Shown piece after piece: positions 29,280 through 39,473 of a DNA stretch of 64,000 nt. Positions within the stretch are counted from its first letter, which is position 1; every line of letters starts with the position of its first letter. This DNA comes from Nitrosarchaeum sp. (GTDB taxonomy: Archaea > Thermoproteota > Nitrososphaeria > Nitrososphaerales > Nitrosopumilaceae). Below the pieces are notes generated by a model. It searched no databases, was not told where the DNA came from, and saw only the letters and a program-made list of their open reading frames with translations. The stretch is taken from the NCBI GenBank assembly GCA_965223865.1, contig OZ245020.1, positions 64,001-128,000 of the forward strand, written 5' to 3'. Both the position numbers and the translations under genes were made by a program.

Positions 29280-30992
29280 CTAGTATTTTCTCTCCACTGG
29301 CTGATATTTGGTAATTGTTACTGGATGTGTCTTCATTATTGGCTCTTTTGGATCATAATATGCTAGTGTATGATGAAGAAAGTTTGCATCATCACGTTTT
29401 GTGTAATCGGTTCTTGCATGTGCACCACGAGATTCTTTTCGGTTTATTGCTCCAATTAGAACAACCTCTGCAGTTCTAATCATAGAATCAAGCTCCATTA
29501 CATTTGTAAAATTAGTATTGTATTCTTTTGCTTTATCATCAACATGTTTCCATGTCTGCTCCTTTAGTTGACGAATTTTTTTGAGGCCTTCAATTAGAGC
29601 ATTTTCATTTCTAAAAACATAGGCTTTCTCATTCATAGTATCAGTTAGTTCCTGACGAATTTCGTATGGATTGGCATCGCCATTTCCTCTAAAAATTCCA
29701 TCATAGATTCTCTTTTCTTCAGCGGCAACTAAATGATGTGGCCATGGATTATCAGGTAATTCTTTTTCAATGTAATCAACTGCCAGTTCTCCTGTAATCT
29801 TTCCCCATACGATACATTCAGAAGTAGAATTTGCCCCCAATCTGTTTGAACCATGAGTACTGTTACATGCAGCTTCTCCTGCTGCCCAGACACCTTGTAA
29901 TTCTGTAGCACCATCAATATCAGTATGAATACCTCCCATCATATAATGACATACGGGTCTGACATCAAGTATTTCATCAGCAGGATCAATGCCAGAAAAT
30001 TTGATTGAAATTTCTCTTATTCCTCCTAACTTTTCTTTTATTTTTTCATCACCTATATGACGTAAATCAAGTTTCATGCAATCAACTCCGGTTTCATGTT
30101 TGAAACCTCTCCCCTCATTGATTTCTGTCATCATTGAACGAGATACAATGTCTCTTGGGGCCAACTCCATTTTTCCAGCAGCATATTTTTTCATGAATCT
30201 TTCACCTTTGTTGTTTAGAAGATATCCTCCTTCACCTCTTGCACCTTCAGTAATTAAAATTCCGGATGGTAAGATTCCAGTTGGGTGAAATTGAACGAAC
30301 TCCATGTCTTTAAGAGCCATCCCAGCTCTAAAGGCCATGTCTAATCCATCTGGAGTTGATGACAACGCATATGTTGAAAAGCTGTAGAGTCTACCGGCTC
30401 CACCGGTTGCAATAATAAGCGCCTTTCCTTTTATTGTATAGAATGTTCCTGATGATAATTCAATTGCAGTAATTCCTAGAAATCTTTTTCCATCATGTAT
30501 AATTGAAGTTGCAAACCATTCATTGAGATATTCAATATTTTCAAATTTCTGACAGGTATCATAAAGTGTCTGCATTTCAAAGAAACCAACTTTGTCAGAT
30601 GCATATGTTGCCCTAGGGAAGCTGTAACCTCCAAATGCTCTTTGATCAATTCTTCCATCATTTCTTCTAGACCAAGGCATTCCCCAACGGTCTAATTGAT
30701 AGACTTGTTTTGGCATTTCATTACAAAGTTTTTCAGCAACATCTTGATCTGCAAGAAAGTCGCTGCCTTTCACAGTATCATAAATGTGAGATTCTATTGT
30801 GTCTCCCTCATCTTCAAAAAGTACAGCTGCGGTTCCCCCTTCAGCAGAAACAGAATGTGAACGCATTACCTGAAGTTTTGAAACGATACCAATCTTGATT
30901 TTCGAATTTTTTCGTGCAGCCTCTATTGCTGCTCTCAAGCCTGCCAAGCCTGAACCACAAATAATCAAATCAAATTCAATAGAATCGACCAT
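29280..30992 (-). CDS. sdhA: Succinate dehydrogenase flavoprotein
   Basis: GSGLAG, RSHSVSAEGG, QFHPTG, HGSNRLGANS, ESRGAH. Confidence 0.97.
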   Translation of the reverse strand: MVDSIEFDLIICGSGLAGLRAAIEAARKNSKIKIGIVSKLQVMRSHSVSAEGGTAAVLFEDEGDTIESHIYDTVKGSDFLADQDVAEKLCNEMPKQVYQLDRWGMPWSRRNDGRIDQRAFGGYSFPRATYASDKVGFFEMQTLYDTCQKFENIEYLNEWFATSIIHDGKRFLGITAIELSSGTFYTIKGKALIIATGGAGRLYSFSTYALSSTPDGLDMAFRAGMALKDMEFVQFHPTGILPSGILITEGARGEGGYLLNNKGERFMKKYAAGKMELAPRDIVSRSMMTEINEGRGFKHETGVDCMKLDLRHIGDEKIKEKLGGIREISIKFSGIDPADEILDVRPVCHYMMGGIHTDIDGATELQGVWAAGEAACNSTHGSNRLGANSTSECIVWGKITGELAVDYIEKELPDNPWPHHLVAAEEKRIYDGIFRGNGDANPYEIRQELTDTMNEKAYVFRNENALIEGLKKIRQLKEQTWKHVDDKAKEYNTNFTNVMELDSMIRTAEVVLIGAINRKESRGAHARTDYTKRDDANFLHHTLAYYDPKEPIMKTHPVTITKYQPVERKY

Positions 30993-31087
30993 TTTTCAAA
31001 CAAAATTCCTAACATGCGGGTTAAATATGTAGTAATGGAACCTCAGGAATAGAAGAGTTATATTTATCGCTAGTGATATCACTAGTG

Positions 31088-31594
31088 ATGATTTCTGAAT
31101 GGTTTCAGAGAGTAGGAAGTTCCGTTCCTAGAGGATTTTCAAGATACTTTATCCTTGAGTTATTAAAGAAACAACCACACACAGGAAAAGAGATCATCGA
31201 CTATGCAGTAGAGCAGAGTAATGGAATTTGGAAACCCTCACCAGGGTTAATCTATCCATTATTGGGGAGATTACTTGATGAGGGATTAATTGAAGAAACA
31301 AAAAGTGGAAAATATCGACTTACAGCAAAAGGAATGGAGACTGCAAAAGACGTTGACAAAATTACAGATATTGTAAAAAAACAGATTGATGTTCTGTTCA
31401 GATTAGGAAATGTTGGGAGGTTTGTTGCAATGGATTTACTTGAGAAGATTGCGGCAATGGGTTCTATTCTTAGCTCAAATGTAGGAAATATGACTGAAGA
31501 TGAGACCCAAAAATATAGAAAATTCCTTCAAGACGAACTAAAGAAAATTGATGAAAAAAATGAAAAGAAAGGAAAAGAAATTAAAATCGACTAA
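31088..31594 (+). CDS. PadR-family transcriptional regulator
   Basis: WKPSPGLIYPLL..L...GLI wHTH. Confidence 0.88.
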   Translation: MISEWFQRVGSSVPRGFSRYFILELLKKQPHTGKEIIDYAVEQSNGIWKPSPGLIYPLLGRLLDEGLIEETKSGKYRLTAKGMETAKDVDKITDIVKKQIDVLFRLGNVGRFVAMDLLEKIAAMGSILSSNVGNMTEDETQKYRKFLQDELKKIDEKNEKKGKEIKID

Positions 31595-31626
31595 TTATTT
31601 TTGAAAAGTAAAAATTAATCTGTTTT

Positions 31627-32928
31627 TTGAAGACTTTATTGACATCACTAACTAGACAACAAAGGTCTATAGTCTTTGGTTCATGGCTTGGATGGTCACT
31701 TGATGGTTATGATCTGGTATTGATGTTACTTGTAATACCATTAATTAGTACATTATTTTTCCCAGCTGAAGATCCGACATTTTCACTATTAGCAACATTT
31801 GCAGCATACATCATTACGTTGATTATGCGACCATTTGGAGGTGCATTTTTTGGAAACTTTGGTGACAAACATGGAAGAAAAAAAGCCATGATAATCACAA
31901 TCATGGGATTTTCTGCTGCAACATTTGCAACAGGTCTTTTACCAACATGGCAGATGATTGGTTTTGCGGCGCCAATTTTGTTAATAGGATTACGATTTAT
32001 GCAGGGGTTTTTTGCAGGTGGAGAATGGGGAAGCGGTGCAGTAATTACAATGGAGACAGCACCCAAAGAAAAGAGGGGAATTCTTTCTGGGTTTTTACAA
32101 AGTGGTTTTAATTTTGGTTTTGTAATTGCATCTATTGTATTTTTTGGAACCATTTCTTTATTCCCTGATGAACAATTTATAGAGATTGGATGGAGAGTTA
32201 TGTTCTTTACAGGAATCATACCTGGTCTAGTAGCTCTGTTTGTTAGATTTAGAATGGACGAATCTGAAGTTTGGTTAGCAAAACAAAAACAGAAAAAAAC
32301 AGAAAAATCGCCACTAAAAAAACTATTATCAAGTAAAGATGGGAGAAAAAAATTCATCTTTTCATTGATTTTGATGACAGGTTTGATGTATGCATACTAT
32401 ACATCAATTGGGTTTTATCCGACCTTTTTACAAAATTATGTAGAGATTGAAAAATCTGAAGTTTCAGTACTAATGATTATTGGAACTACTACCTCTTTGT
32501 TTGGACAAATTTTTACTGGTTACCTTAGCCAAAGAATAGGAAGGAAAAAAACAATTACAGTTTTTGCAATGGCAGCGATCATAGTTGCAATTCCAACATT
32601 TTATGGATTGTATAATGCAGATTCGGCATATGAAAGAATATCATATACTATTTTGTTGATTGTTGTTGCAACAACGGGCTTTGGGCCAATTCCTGCATTT
32701 CTTTCTGAGAGATTTCCAACAGAAGTTAGAAACAGTGCAAGTGGTTTTATCTACAATGGAGGATTGATTTTTGGTTCATGGGCACCGTTGATTGCAGTAA
32801 CTATGCTATCAAAAGGTGCAGAATTAATTCCAATACTACTTGGAATTAATGTCATTATTGGTTCAATTATAATTTTGATTGGTGCCAAAATCAACCCTGA
32901 AACAAGAGACGTTGATATCACTCAGTAA
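31627..32928 (+). CDS. MFS transporter (metabolite:H+ symporter-like)
   Basis: DGYD, MRPFGG..FG.FGDKHGRK, GGEW, ERFPTEVR; about 12 TM. Confidence 0.92.
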   Translation: MKTLLTSLTRQQRSIVFGSWLGWSLDGYDLVLMLLVIPLISTLFFPAEDPTFSLLATFAAYIITLIMRPFGGAFFGNFGDKHGRKKAMIITIMGFSAATFATGLLPTWQMIGFAAPILLIGLRFMQGFFAGGEWGSGAVITMETAPKEKRGILSGFLQSGFNFGFVIASIVFFGTISLFPDEQFIEIGWRVMFFTGIIPGLVALFVRFRMDESEVWLAKQKQKKTEKSPLKKLLSSKDGRKKFIFSLILMTGLMYAYYTSIGFYPTFLQNYVEIEKSEVSVLMIIGTTTSLFGQIFTGYLSQRIGRKKTITVFAMAAIIVAIPTFYGLYNADSAYERISYTILLIVVATTGFGPIPAFLSERFPTEVRNSASGFIYNGGLIFGSWAPLIAVTMLSKGAELIPILLGINVIIGSIIILIGAKINPETRDVDITQ

Positions 32929-32967
32929 TTCTTAAAATCATAAATAATTTAGAGAAAAAGGACATTC

Positions 32968-33834
32968 ATGAAAAATTTAACCAGTTTATTAAAGTCAAAA
33001 AAACCACTTGTTATACCAGGAGTCTATGATGCAATTGGTGCAAAGATTGCAGAAAAAGTAGGATTTGAAGCAATGTTTCAAACAGGTTACGGAACATCTG
33101 CTACATTATTTGGAATGCCAGATTATGGGTTCATCGGAGCAACTGAAACAGTTGATAATGCAAGAAGAATATGTAGAGCAGTATCAGTACCAATAATTGT
33201 TGATTCAGATACAGGATATGGAAATGCATTAAGTGTTTGGAAGTTAGTAAAAGAATTAGAATCTGCAGGAGCTTCTGGAATTTTTTTAGAAGATCAAAGA
33301 TGGCCTAAAAGATGTGGACATATGCAAGGAAAAGAAGTTGTTCCACAAGAAGAATATACAGAAAAACTTGGAGCTGCAATTGATGCGCGTCAAAGCAAAG
33401 ATTTCATAATTGTTGCTAGAACCGATGCAAGAGCAACAGAAGGTCTAGATTCTGCAATTGAGAGAGGATTACAAAACAAAAAAACAGGAGCAGATGCAGT
33501 GTTTATTGAAGCACCAAGAACAATTGAAGAAATGAAAATAATTGGCAGATCTATCAAGGCTCCTCTTGTGGCAAATATGATAGAAGGAGGAGCAACACCA
33601 ATTAGCTCTGCTCAAACACTGTACAAGATGGGATTTAAGATAATTCTTTATCCGCTTTCAGTATTATTTGCAAATACATTTGCTTCAATGAACATCTTAA
33701 AGGAATTAAAGAATACAGGAACTACTACAAAATTTAAACAAAAGGTAGTAAACTTTGATCAGTTCAATGACTTGGTAGAGTTACCAAAGTTTAGAAAGCT
33801 CGAAAAAAAGTACGGTTTTTCAAAAAGAGAATAA
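32968..33834 (+). CDS. Isocitrate lyase/PEP mutase family (methylisocitrate lyase-like)
   Basis: DSDTGYG, EDQRWPKRCGH, ARTDA. Confidence 0.9.
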   Translation: MKNLTSLLKSKKPLVIPGVYDAIGAKIAEKVGFEAMFQTGYGTSATLFGMPDYGFIGATETVDNARRICRAVSVPIIVDSDTGYGNALSVWKLVKELESAGASGIFLEDQRWPKRCGHMQGKEVVPQEEYTEKLGAAIDARQSKDFIIVARTDARATEGLDSAIERGLQNKKTGADAVFIEAPRTIEEMKIIGRSIKAPLVANMIEGGATPISSAQTLYKMGFKIILYPLSVLFANTFASMNILKELKNTGTTTKFKQKVVNFDQFNDLVELPKFRKLEKKYGFSKRE

Positions 33835-33860
33835 AAGAAAAAATTTCAAGTAAAGCGCAG

Positions 33861-34148
33861 TTATGCTGCGTTTCTCTTTACTTCAATTTCTATTGTTGAA
33901 ACGTTTCTTGTTCTACCGTCTTGTGACTCTAGTGATTCGGAGGCAATTTTGATATCTCCGATAGAGTACCCTGCATTTTCTGTTTTGCGTGCAATAATTT
34001 GAGCTACGTCTACAGCACGACCTATGCTAAGACCTCTAGCTTTGATGTTGACGGATGGTAAGTTAGCCAGTTGAATAAGCGTGGATGTAACATATGCCAT
34101 CAATGGTTTCTTACCAATGAATATGGTGTCTCTGGCTTCGGTTGACAT
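33861..34148 (-). CDS. albA: Chromatin protein Alba
   Basis: IGKKPLMAYV, KARG..IGRAVDVA, VSTIEI. Confidence 0.95.
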   Translation of the reverse strand: MSTEARDTIFIGKKPLMAYVTSTLIQLANLPSVNIKARGLSIGRAVDVAQIIARKTENAGYSIGDIKIASESLESQDGRTRNVSTIEIEVKRNAA

Positions 34149-34213
34149 GTTGTTAATAATATTTGAGGATAATTTAAAGCTAAAAGGAAATTTTTGAATC
34201 TAGGAAAAAATTT

Positions 34214-34816
34214 TTGAAAAAAATTGAACTATTATTAACTAGATCAGGAGAATTATTGGAGTTGGATGAAATCATAAAATTAGACATTGGAACAAGTGAA
34301 GAGAAAATCAAAACTCTAGAATCACTTGAATTTACAAAGGATATGGAAATCATAAAAAAAATTATTTCAAAACTTGATGATGAAGATATTCAAGTAAGGG
34401 GTGAAGCCTTTAGTTCTTTGATTTTAAATGAAAATAAAATATCCGATTTATTGATAGAAAATCTAAGTTCAGACAGTAAGAATATCAGAGGATTTACTGC
34501 TCTTGTTTTGGGAAATCGAAATGATGTGAATGCAATTCCAGAAATTGTGAAGTTGACAAATGATGAAAGCTCCATGGTAAGATCTTGTGCCTTAGGGGCA
34601 CTTGGTCATCTAAAAGCAAAACAAGCAAAAGATGTCATAGAAAATTGTTTTACTGATTCTAATCTTGAAGTAAAGAAAAGTGCTTTGCAAGCTGCAATTT
34701 ACATTGATGATGAAATATCTGAAAATAAAATTAATGAAATTTCTAAAGACAACGATCCTGAATTAAAAAGATTACTTGAAAATATTAAAAGAAAAAGTGG
34801 ACCGGAAGGGATTTGA
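34214..34816 (+). CDS. HEAT-repeat (PBS lyase-like) protein; start uncertain
   Basis: Repeated L.D....VR..A..ALG units. Confidence 0.85.
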   Translation: MKKIELLLTRSGELLELDEIIKLDIGTSEEKIKTLESLEFTKDMEIIKKIISKLDDEDIQVRGEAFSSLILNENKISDLLIENLSSDSKNIRGFTALVLGNRNDVNAIPEIVKLTNDESSMVRSCALGALGHLKAKQAKDVIENCFTDSNLEVKKSALQAAIYIDDEISENKINEISKDNDPELKRLLENIKRKSGPEGI

Positions 34817-34871
34817 ACCCTTGATCCGATGCATGCCATGCACCTATCCTACCAGGCTAGACGACCGGCCC
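34798..34871 (-). tRNA. tRNA-Ala(GGC)
   Basis: GGGCCGG/CCGGTCC with G3:U70; GGTGC-ATGGCAT-GCATC anticodon arm. Confidence 0.95.
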
Positions 34872-34996
34872 AAAAATCAGAAAACTGATCGAAATACACT
34901 TTTCGAATTGGTTATTAACGTTTAGCGGTTTAAAGAAGAATCCAACTGTAAAATTAACACAAGATATTTAACCATAATTTTCATGGTTTAATTGTT

Positions 34997-35842
34997 ATGG
35001 TAGTAGATAACAAGGCGACTGTTACATATGTTCAGTTGTTAAAAGAAGACCTTGTAATAATTAGACTTGTTCCAAAAGATGGTCCTGTTCCAGAATACAA
35101 AACTGGTCAGTTTATCACATTAGGATTACCAAATCCTGTTGAAGGTGGGAAGATTGTAAGAAGAGCATATTCAATTGCATCACATCCTGAAAATAGAAAG
35201 TATATTGAGCTTGTAATTAGATGGGTTAGAAAGCCACTTCCAGGTAGACTGACAACTCAGATTTTCAATCTAAAAGAAGGAGATGAAATTTTGTGGTTAA
35301 AACCAACTGGTAGAGCACTATTGGTTAATCAAGAAATGCCAAATGGTGAGCCAGATACTAGGAGAATTGTATGTGTTGGTGGTGGAACTGGTTTAGCACC
35401 ATTTGTTAGCTTTGCTCAACACTTTCATGATACAGGAGATAAGAGAGAGATTATTGTATTGCATGGTGCAAGTTATGTTGATGAGTTAAGTTACAAGGAA
35501 CTCTTGACTGACTTGGAGAATGAAAGTCTTGCCAAAGGAAAGGATGTATGGAACTTTAGATACAGAGCAGCAATAAGTAGACCTCAAGAATGGTTTAACA
35601 GATCATGGTCAGGTCAAGTTGGCAGAGTCGAAACATTTCTTAGACCAAGAAACAATGGAGTATCACCGTTAGAAGAATTAATTGAAGGTGAAATCACTAA
35701 AGAAAATACAATCTTTTACGTTTGTGGTTGGCAAGGAACGATTGACGGAGTAATGGATTTCTTAAAACCAAAAGGTTTCGTGACAGAACACGACAAACGT
35801 GAAGATGGAAGCTTTGAAGTAAAATACGAATCATACGGATAG
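34997..35842 (+). CDS. Ferredoxin-NADP+ reductase (paralog 2)
   Basis: RAYSIAS, GGTGLAP, YVCG; closely similar to 22435-23274. Confidence 0.92.
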   Translation: MVVDNKATVTYVQLLKEDLVIIRLVPKDGPVPEYKTGQFITLGLPNPVEGGKIVRRAYSIASHPENRKYIELVIRWVRKPLPGRLTTQIFNLKEGDEILWLKPTGRALLVNQEMPNGEPDTRRIVCVGGGTGLAPFVSFAQHFHDTGDKREIIVLHGASYVDELSYKELLTDLENESLAKGKDVWNFRYRAAISRPQEWFNRSWSGQVGRVETFLRPRNNGVSPLEELIEGEITKENTIFYVCGWQGTIDGVMDFLKPKGFVTEHDKREDGSFEVKYESYG

Positions 35843-35886
35843 AAATTTTTAAAGAAATAAAATATTCAGAATAGTTTTGCCTATAC

Positions 35887-35960
35887 GGGGACGTAGGTTA
35901 GCTTGGTATACTGCCAGTCTCGGGTGCTGGAGATCATGGGTTCAAGTCCCATTGTCCCCA
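35887..35960 (+). tRNA. tRNA-Pro(CGG)
   Basis: GGGGACG/TGTCCCC; CCAGT-CTCGGGT-GCTGG; TTCAAGT. Confidence 0.94.
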
Positions 35961-35986
35961 CCTTTCCACAAATCAATCATTGAAAT

Positions 35987-36616
35987 ATGACAGATTTTAA
36001 CAGACCACAATTGATTACTGCACTATATCTTGCACATCTCAATCCAGTAACAAATGCCCATATTGAAATAATCCAAGAGTTAAAGGAAAAGGCTGATATT
36101 GTAAAAGTCATGCCTGTTGTATTCAAATCTGGAGACAAGGAAATTAACAGTAGAAGCTTTCCGTTTAATTTTGAGACAAGAAAGAAGATGTTAGAATCTG
36201 TTTTTGGGGACTCTATTGTAATAACTGATGACTATGCATTCTTTGCTCCATTCAAAAAATACTTTCCCCCACTTTTAGCACCAAAATCTTGGGAACTAAG
36301 AAAACAAGTTCTCAGAGGAGTCAAAGGTGAATTTTTTTCATATACAGGAGACAAGGCAGAGGGACTAATGTTAAAAATTTACAGATTAAAACCAAAAGTG
36401 GGAGAAAGAAAAGCAATATCTGCAGCATCTGTAAAACAAAAGATGTATGATGCAGTATTAGGAAATGATGCAGATTGGGAACAGGATGTAAATGAGAGTA
36501 TAGCCAAAATAATTAAAGAAGAATGGGAAATTGTTAAAAAATTTGCAGAATCTGAAGACATGACTACTCGAGTTGCAGGAATGAAATTTCCTAAAGAAGG
36601 GTGGTCTTCCAAATAG
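35987..36616 (+). CDS. HIGH-class nucleotidyltransferase-like (cytidylyl/adenylyltransferase)
   Basis: NPVTNAH HIGH-like motif, PF.F..R, ISAASVK. Confidence 0.75.
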   Translation: MTDFNRPQLITALYLAHLNPVTNAHIEIIQELKEKADIVKVMPVVFKSGDKEINSRSFPFNFETRKKMLESVFGDSIVITDDYAFFAPFKKYFPPLLAPKSWELRKQVLRGVKGEFFSYTGDKAEGLMLKIYRLKPKVGERKAISAASVKQKMYDAVLGNDADWEQDVNESIAKIIKEEWEIVKKFAESEDMTTRVAGMKFPKEGWSSK

Positions 36617-36644
36617 ATTAATACGGATTTGGAAAAAAAATATT

Positions 36645-37562
36645 GTGAAATTACCTCTCTCAAAATTTGTTTGGTTTGATGGAAAATACCTCCTCACAGA
36701 AAAAGCTACAGTACCAATAACAACTCATGCAATTCATTATGGGACATCAATCTTTGAGGGAATCAGAGCATATTGGAATAAAAAAAATCTTTTTGTCTTT
36801 AGACTAGAGGAGCATGTAAAAAGATTTAGGCGCTCTGGACAGTTTTACAACATTTCATTAAATTTTACAGACAAAGAAATCATTGATGCAATTACTGGAA
36901 TATGCAAAAAAAGCAAAATAAAAGAATCATGTTACATTAGACCATTTTACTTTGTAGGAGATTATGGAATTAATCTTCATGTTACAGAAAAAGCACCAAC
37001 TCATGTTGCAATCTTTACCTTTCCATTTGGAGATCTATTTAACAAAAATGGGATTACTGCAGGTGTTGTATCATGGAGAAAATTCTCAGAACAATCAACA
37101 CCACCTCAAGCAAAGATGGGAGGAAATTATCTCAATTCAATCATTGCAACTCAAGAGGCAAAAAGAAATGGATTTGAAGAAGCAATACTTCTTGATTTCA
37201 ACGGAAATGTAAGTGAGGCGCCTGGTGAGAACATCTTCATAGTAAGAGATGGAAAAATAATCACACCACCTATTTCATCATCTGCTCTTGAAGGTATTAC
37301 TCGTGATGCAATAATCAAAATTGGGAGAGAACTTGACATTGAAGTAGAAGAAAGAGATATTGCAAGAAGCGAGTTGACAATTTCAGATGAAATTTTTCTT
37401 ACAGGAACTGCAGCAGAAATAACGCCCATAATTTCAATGGATGGTAAAAAAATTGCAAACGGAAAACCAGGAGACATTACAAAAAAGATGATGCAAGAGT
37501 ATTTTGATATTGTAATGGGTAAAAAGGAGCAATATTCTCACTGGTTGACTGCGGTGTATTAG
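36645..37562 (+). CDS. ilvE: Branched-chain amino acid aminotransferase
   Basis: HYGTSIFEG, AKMGGNY, E.PGEN, LEGITR, GTAAE. Confidence 0.95.
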   Translation: MKLPLSKFVWFDGKYLLTEKATVPITTHAIHYGTSIFEGIRAYWNKKNLFVFRLEEHVKRFRRSGQFYNISLNFTDKEIIDAITGICKKSKIKESCYIRPFYFVGDYGINLHVTEKAPTHVAIFTFPFGDLFNKNGITAGVVSWRKFSEQSTPPQAKMGGNYLNSIIATQEAKRNGFEEAILLDFNGNVSEAPGENIFIVRDGKIITPPISSSALEGITRDAIIKIGRELDIEVEERDIARSELTISDEIFLTGTAAEITPIISMDGKKIANGKPGDITKKMMQEYFDIVMGKKEQYSHWLTAVY

Positions 37563-38498
37563 ATGAAAATAATTCAAATTGGCATTGGCGGATGGGGGAA
37601 AAACCACGTGCGCATTTTATCACAACTAGGAGTACTTTGTGCTATTTGTGATACAAATTTAGAGCGTAGTAAAGAGTATGGAGAGAAATATTCTGTAAAT
37701 TACTATACATCACTTGATGATTTGCTAAAATCTGAGGAGTTTGATGGAGCACTAGTTGTTACTCCTACATCAACACATGCAGAAATTGCTGCCAAAATAA
37801 TTAAGCTAAAAAAGCATGTTTTTGTAGAAAAACCAATTACTTACAAATCTGAAGAAGGTGAACAATTAATCAAACTTGCCCAAAAAAAGAAGGTGATTCT
37901 AACGTGTGGGTATATTGAACGATTTAATCCAGCAGTTAATACTGTGAAAAATTTCCTCAAGGAAAAAAAATACGGAGATCTTGTGATGTTAGAATTTCAT
38001 AGAGAAAACAGAATGCCGCTACACATCAAAGATGTTGGAATTATTAGTGACACATCAGTTCATGACATTGATACTGCAAACTGGCTTTTTGATGATATGC
38101 CAGTTGTTGTTTTTGCCAGAGCAGGAAAAATAAATCATGAATTTGAGGATTTTGCAAGTATTATGCTAGGATACAAAAATGACAAGACTGCAATAATATC
38201 ATCAAATTGGATTACACCTAAAAAAGTTCGGACATTTAGTGCAGTTTGCACGGATGCTATAATTACATCTGATTTTATTTCACAGGAAGTAAAGGTAGAA
38301 AAAGATCAAGAGATAGAGATTCCAAAAAATGAAGAAAAGGAACCACTTCTATTGGAGATTCAAAGTTTCCTCAAGGCAATTGAGGAAAACAATGAACCGA
38401 TTGTAAAGGCACAGCAGGCTGTAAATGTCACTAGAATAGCAGAAGCGGCACTTATATCTAGTCAGAAAGGTGTGCCAATCTATCTGGATCTAAAATGA
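37563..38498 (+). CDS. Gfo/Idh/MocA oxidoreductase (NDP-sugar dehydrogenase-like)
   Basis: GIGGWG, VEKP, ERFNP, DTSVHDID. Confidence 0.88.
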   Translation: MKIIQIGIGGWGKNHVRILSQLGVLCAICDTNLERSKEYGEKYSVNYYTSLDDLLKSEEFDGALVVTPTSTHAEIAAKIIKLKKHVFVEKPITYKSEEGEQLIKLAQKKKVILTCGYIERFNPAVNTVKNFLKEKKYGDLVMLEFHRENRMPLHIKDVGIISDTSVHDIDTANWLFDDMPVVVFARAGKINHEFEDFASIMLGYKNDKTAIISSNWITPKKVRTFSAVCTDAIITSDFISQEVKVEKDQEIEIPKNEEKEPLLLEIQSFLKAIEENNEPIVKAQQAVNVTRIAEAALISSQKGVPIYLDLK

Positions 38499-38764
38499 AT
38501 AGGAAAATGATGGACATTTTGGCATGTCCAATTGACAAAAAATATCCTCTAGAGTTATTTGAGATAAAAGAAAAAGATAATGTAATATCAGAAGGTGCCC
38601 TGTTTTGCCCAAAGTGTTCAAGATTCTATCCAATAATTGAGGAGATTCCAATAATGCTACCTGATGAACTAAGAAACAAAAAACAAGAGATAGAATTTCT
38701 CAAAAACAACAAAGACGAACTACCTGAAAAAATTATTACAAAGGCAAACCCATGGCATTTGTGA
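38495..38764 (+). CDS. trm112: Trm112 family protein
   Basis: ILACP.DK.PL, CPKC.RFYPI.EEIPIML. Confidence 0.9.
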   Translation: MNRKMMDILACPIDKKYPLELFEIKEKDNVISEGALFCPKCSRFYPIIEEIPIMLPDELRNKKQEIEFLKNNKDELPEKIITKANPWHL

Positions 38765-38769
38765 TTTAG

Positions 38770-39246
38770 TTGGTCACAAATTTCATATCTGAAAAAGCCG
38801 AGATAGGAGAGAATACAAAGATTTGGCATTTCTCCTATATTGGAGATGACGTAAAAATTGGAAAGAATGTAAAGATTGGATCCCTTGTTCACATTGATTA
38901 CAATGTAAAGATTGGCGACAATACAAAGATTGAAGGACAAGCATACATTCCTCCTTTGTCTAGAATAGGAAACGGAGTATTCATTGGACCAGCTGCAGTT
39001 CTTACAAATGATCCATATCCGATGTGTAACAAGATGATTGGAGTAAAAATTGAGGACAATGTAATCATTGGAGCTCGTGCAGTTATCAAGGCAGGGGTAA
39101 CTGTTGGCAAAAATAGCGTAGTCTCAATGGGAGCAGTAGTTACAAGAGATGTACCTGAAAATTCTGTTGTAATAGGAGTTCCAGCTACAATTAGATACAC
39201 CAGAGAAGAATACGACAAAAAACAGAGAAAGTGGAAGGAGGATTAG
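38770..39246 (+). CDS. Hexapeptide-repeat N-acetyltransferase (WbpD-like)
   Basis: LbH repeats, TND.YP, G.PA. Confidence 0.88.
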   Translation: MVTNFISEKAEIGENTKIWHFSYIGDDVKIGKNVKIGSLVHIDYNVKIGDNTKIEGQAYIPPLSRIGNGVFIGPAAVLTNDPYPMCNKMIGVKIEDNVIIGARAVIKAGVTVGKNSVVSMGAVVTRDVPENSVVIGVPATIRYTREEYDKKQRKWKED

Positions 39247-39473
39247 GATTTTATTTCTTTTCTAAATATCCAGTTCTTTAGTTTAGATAGAATCAAAATC
39301 CAAGCTACAACTAAGAGTATCGCAATGACTGCCTTAGTTACAGATGATAAGAAAAAATTCATTTCTCCATATCCAGTAATTGATAATGGGCCTAAAACCA
39401 TCACTGCAATTCCTCCACCAATTAAGATAAGAATCCACATTCCAAATAAAAAACCAAATAATCCGACTTTCAA
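39243..39473 (-). CDS. Small 2-TM membrane protein
   Basis: Two hydrophobic helices; 4-nt overlap with the upstream gene. Confidence 0.7.
   Translation of the reverse strand: MKVGLFGFLFGMWILILIGGGIAVMVLGPLSITGYGEMNFFLSSVTKAVIAILLVVAWILILSKLKNWIFRKEIKS

Noticed and set aside
31707-32357. 216-aa minus ORF (and similar long antisense ORFs in nuo, mcm and znuB)
   Set aside because: Shadow ORFs opposite well-supported genes
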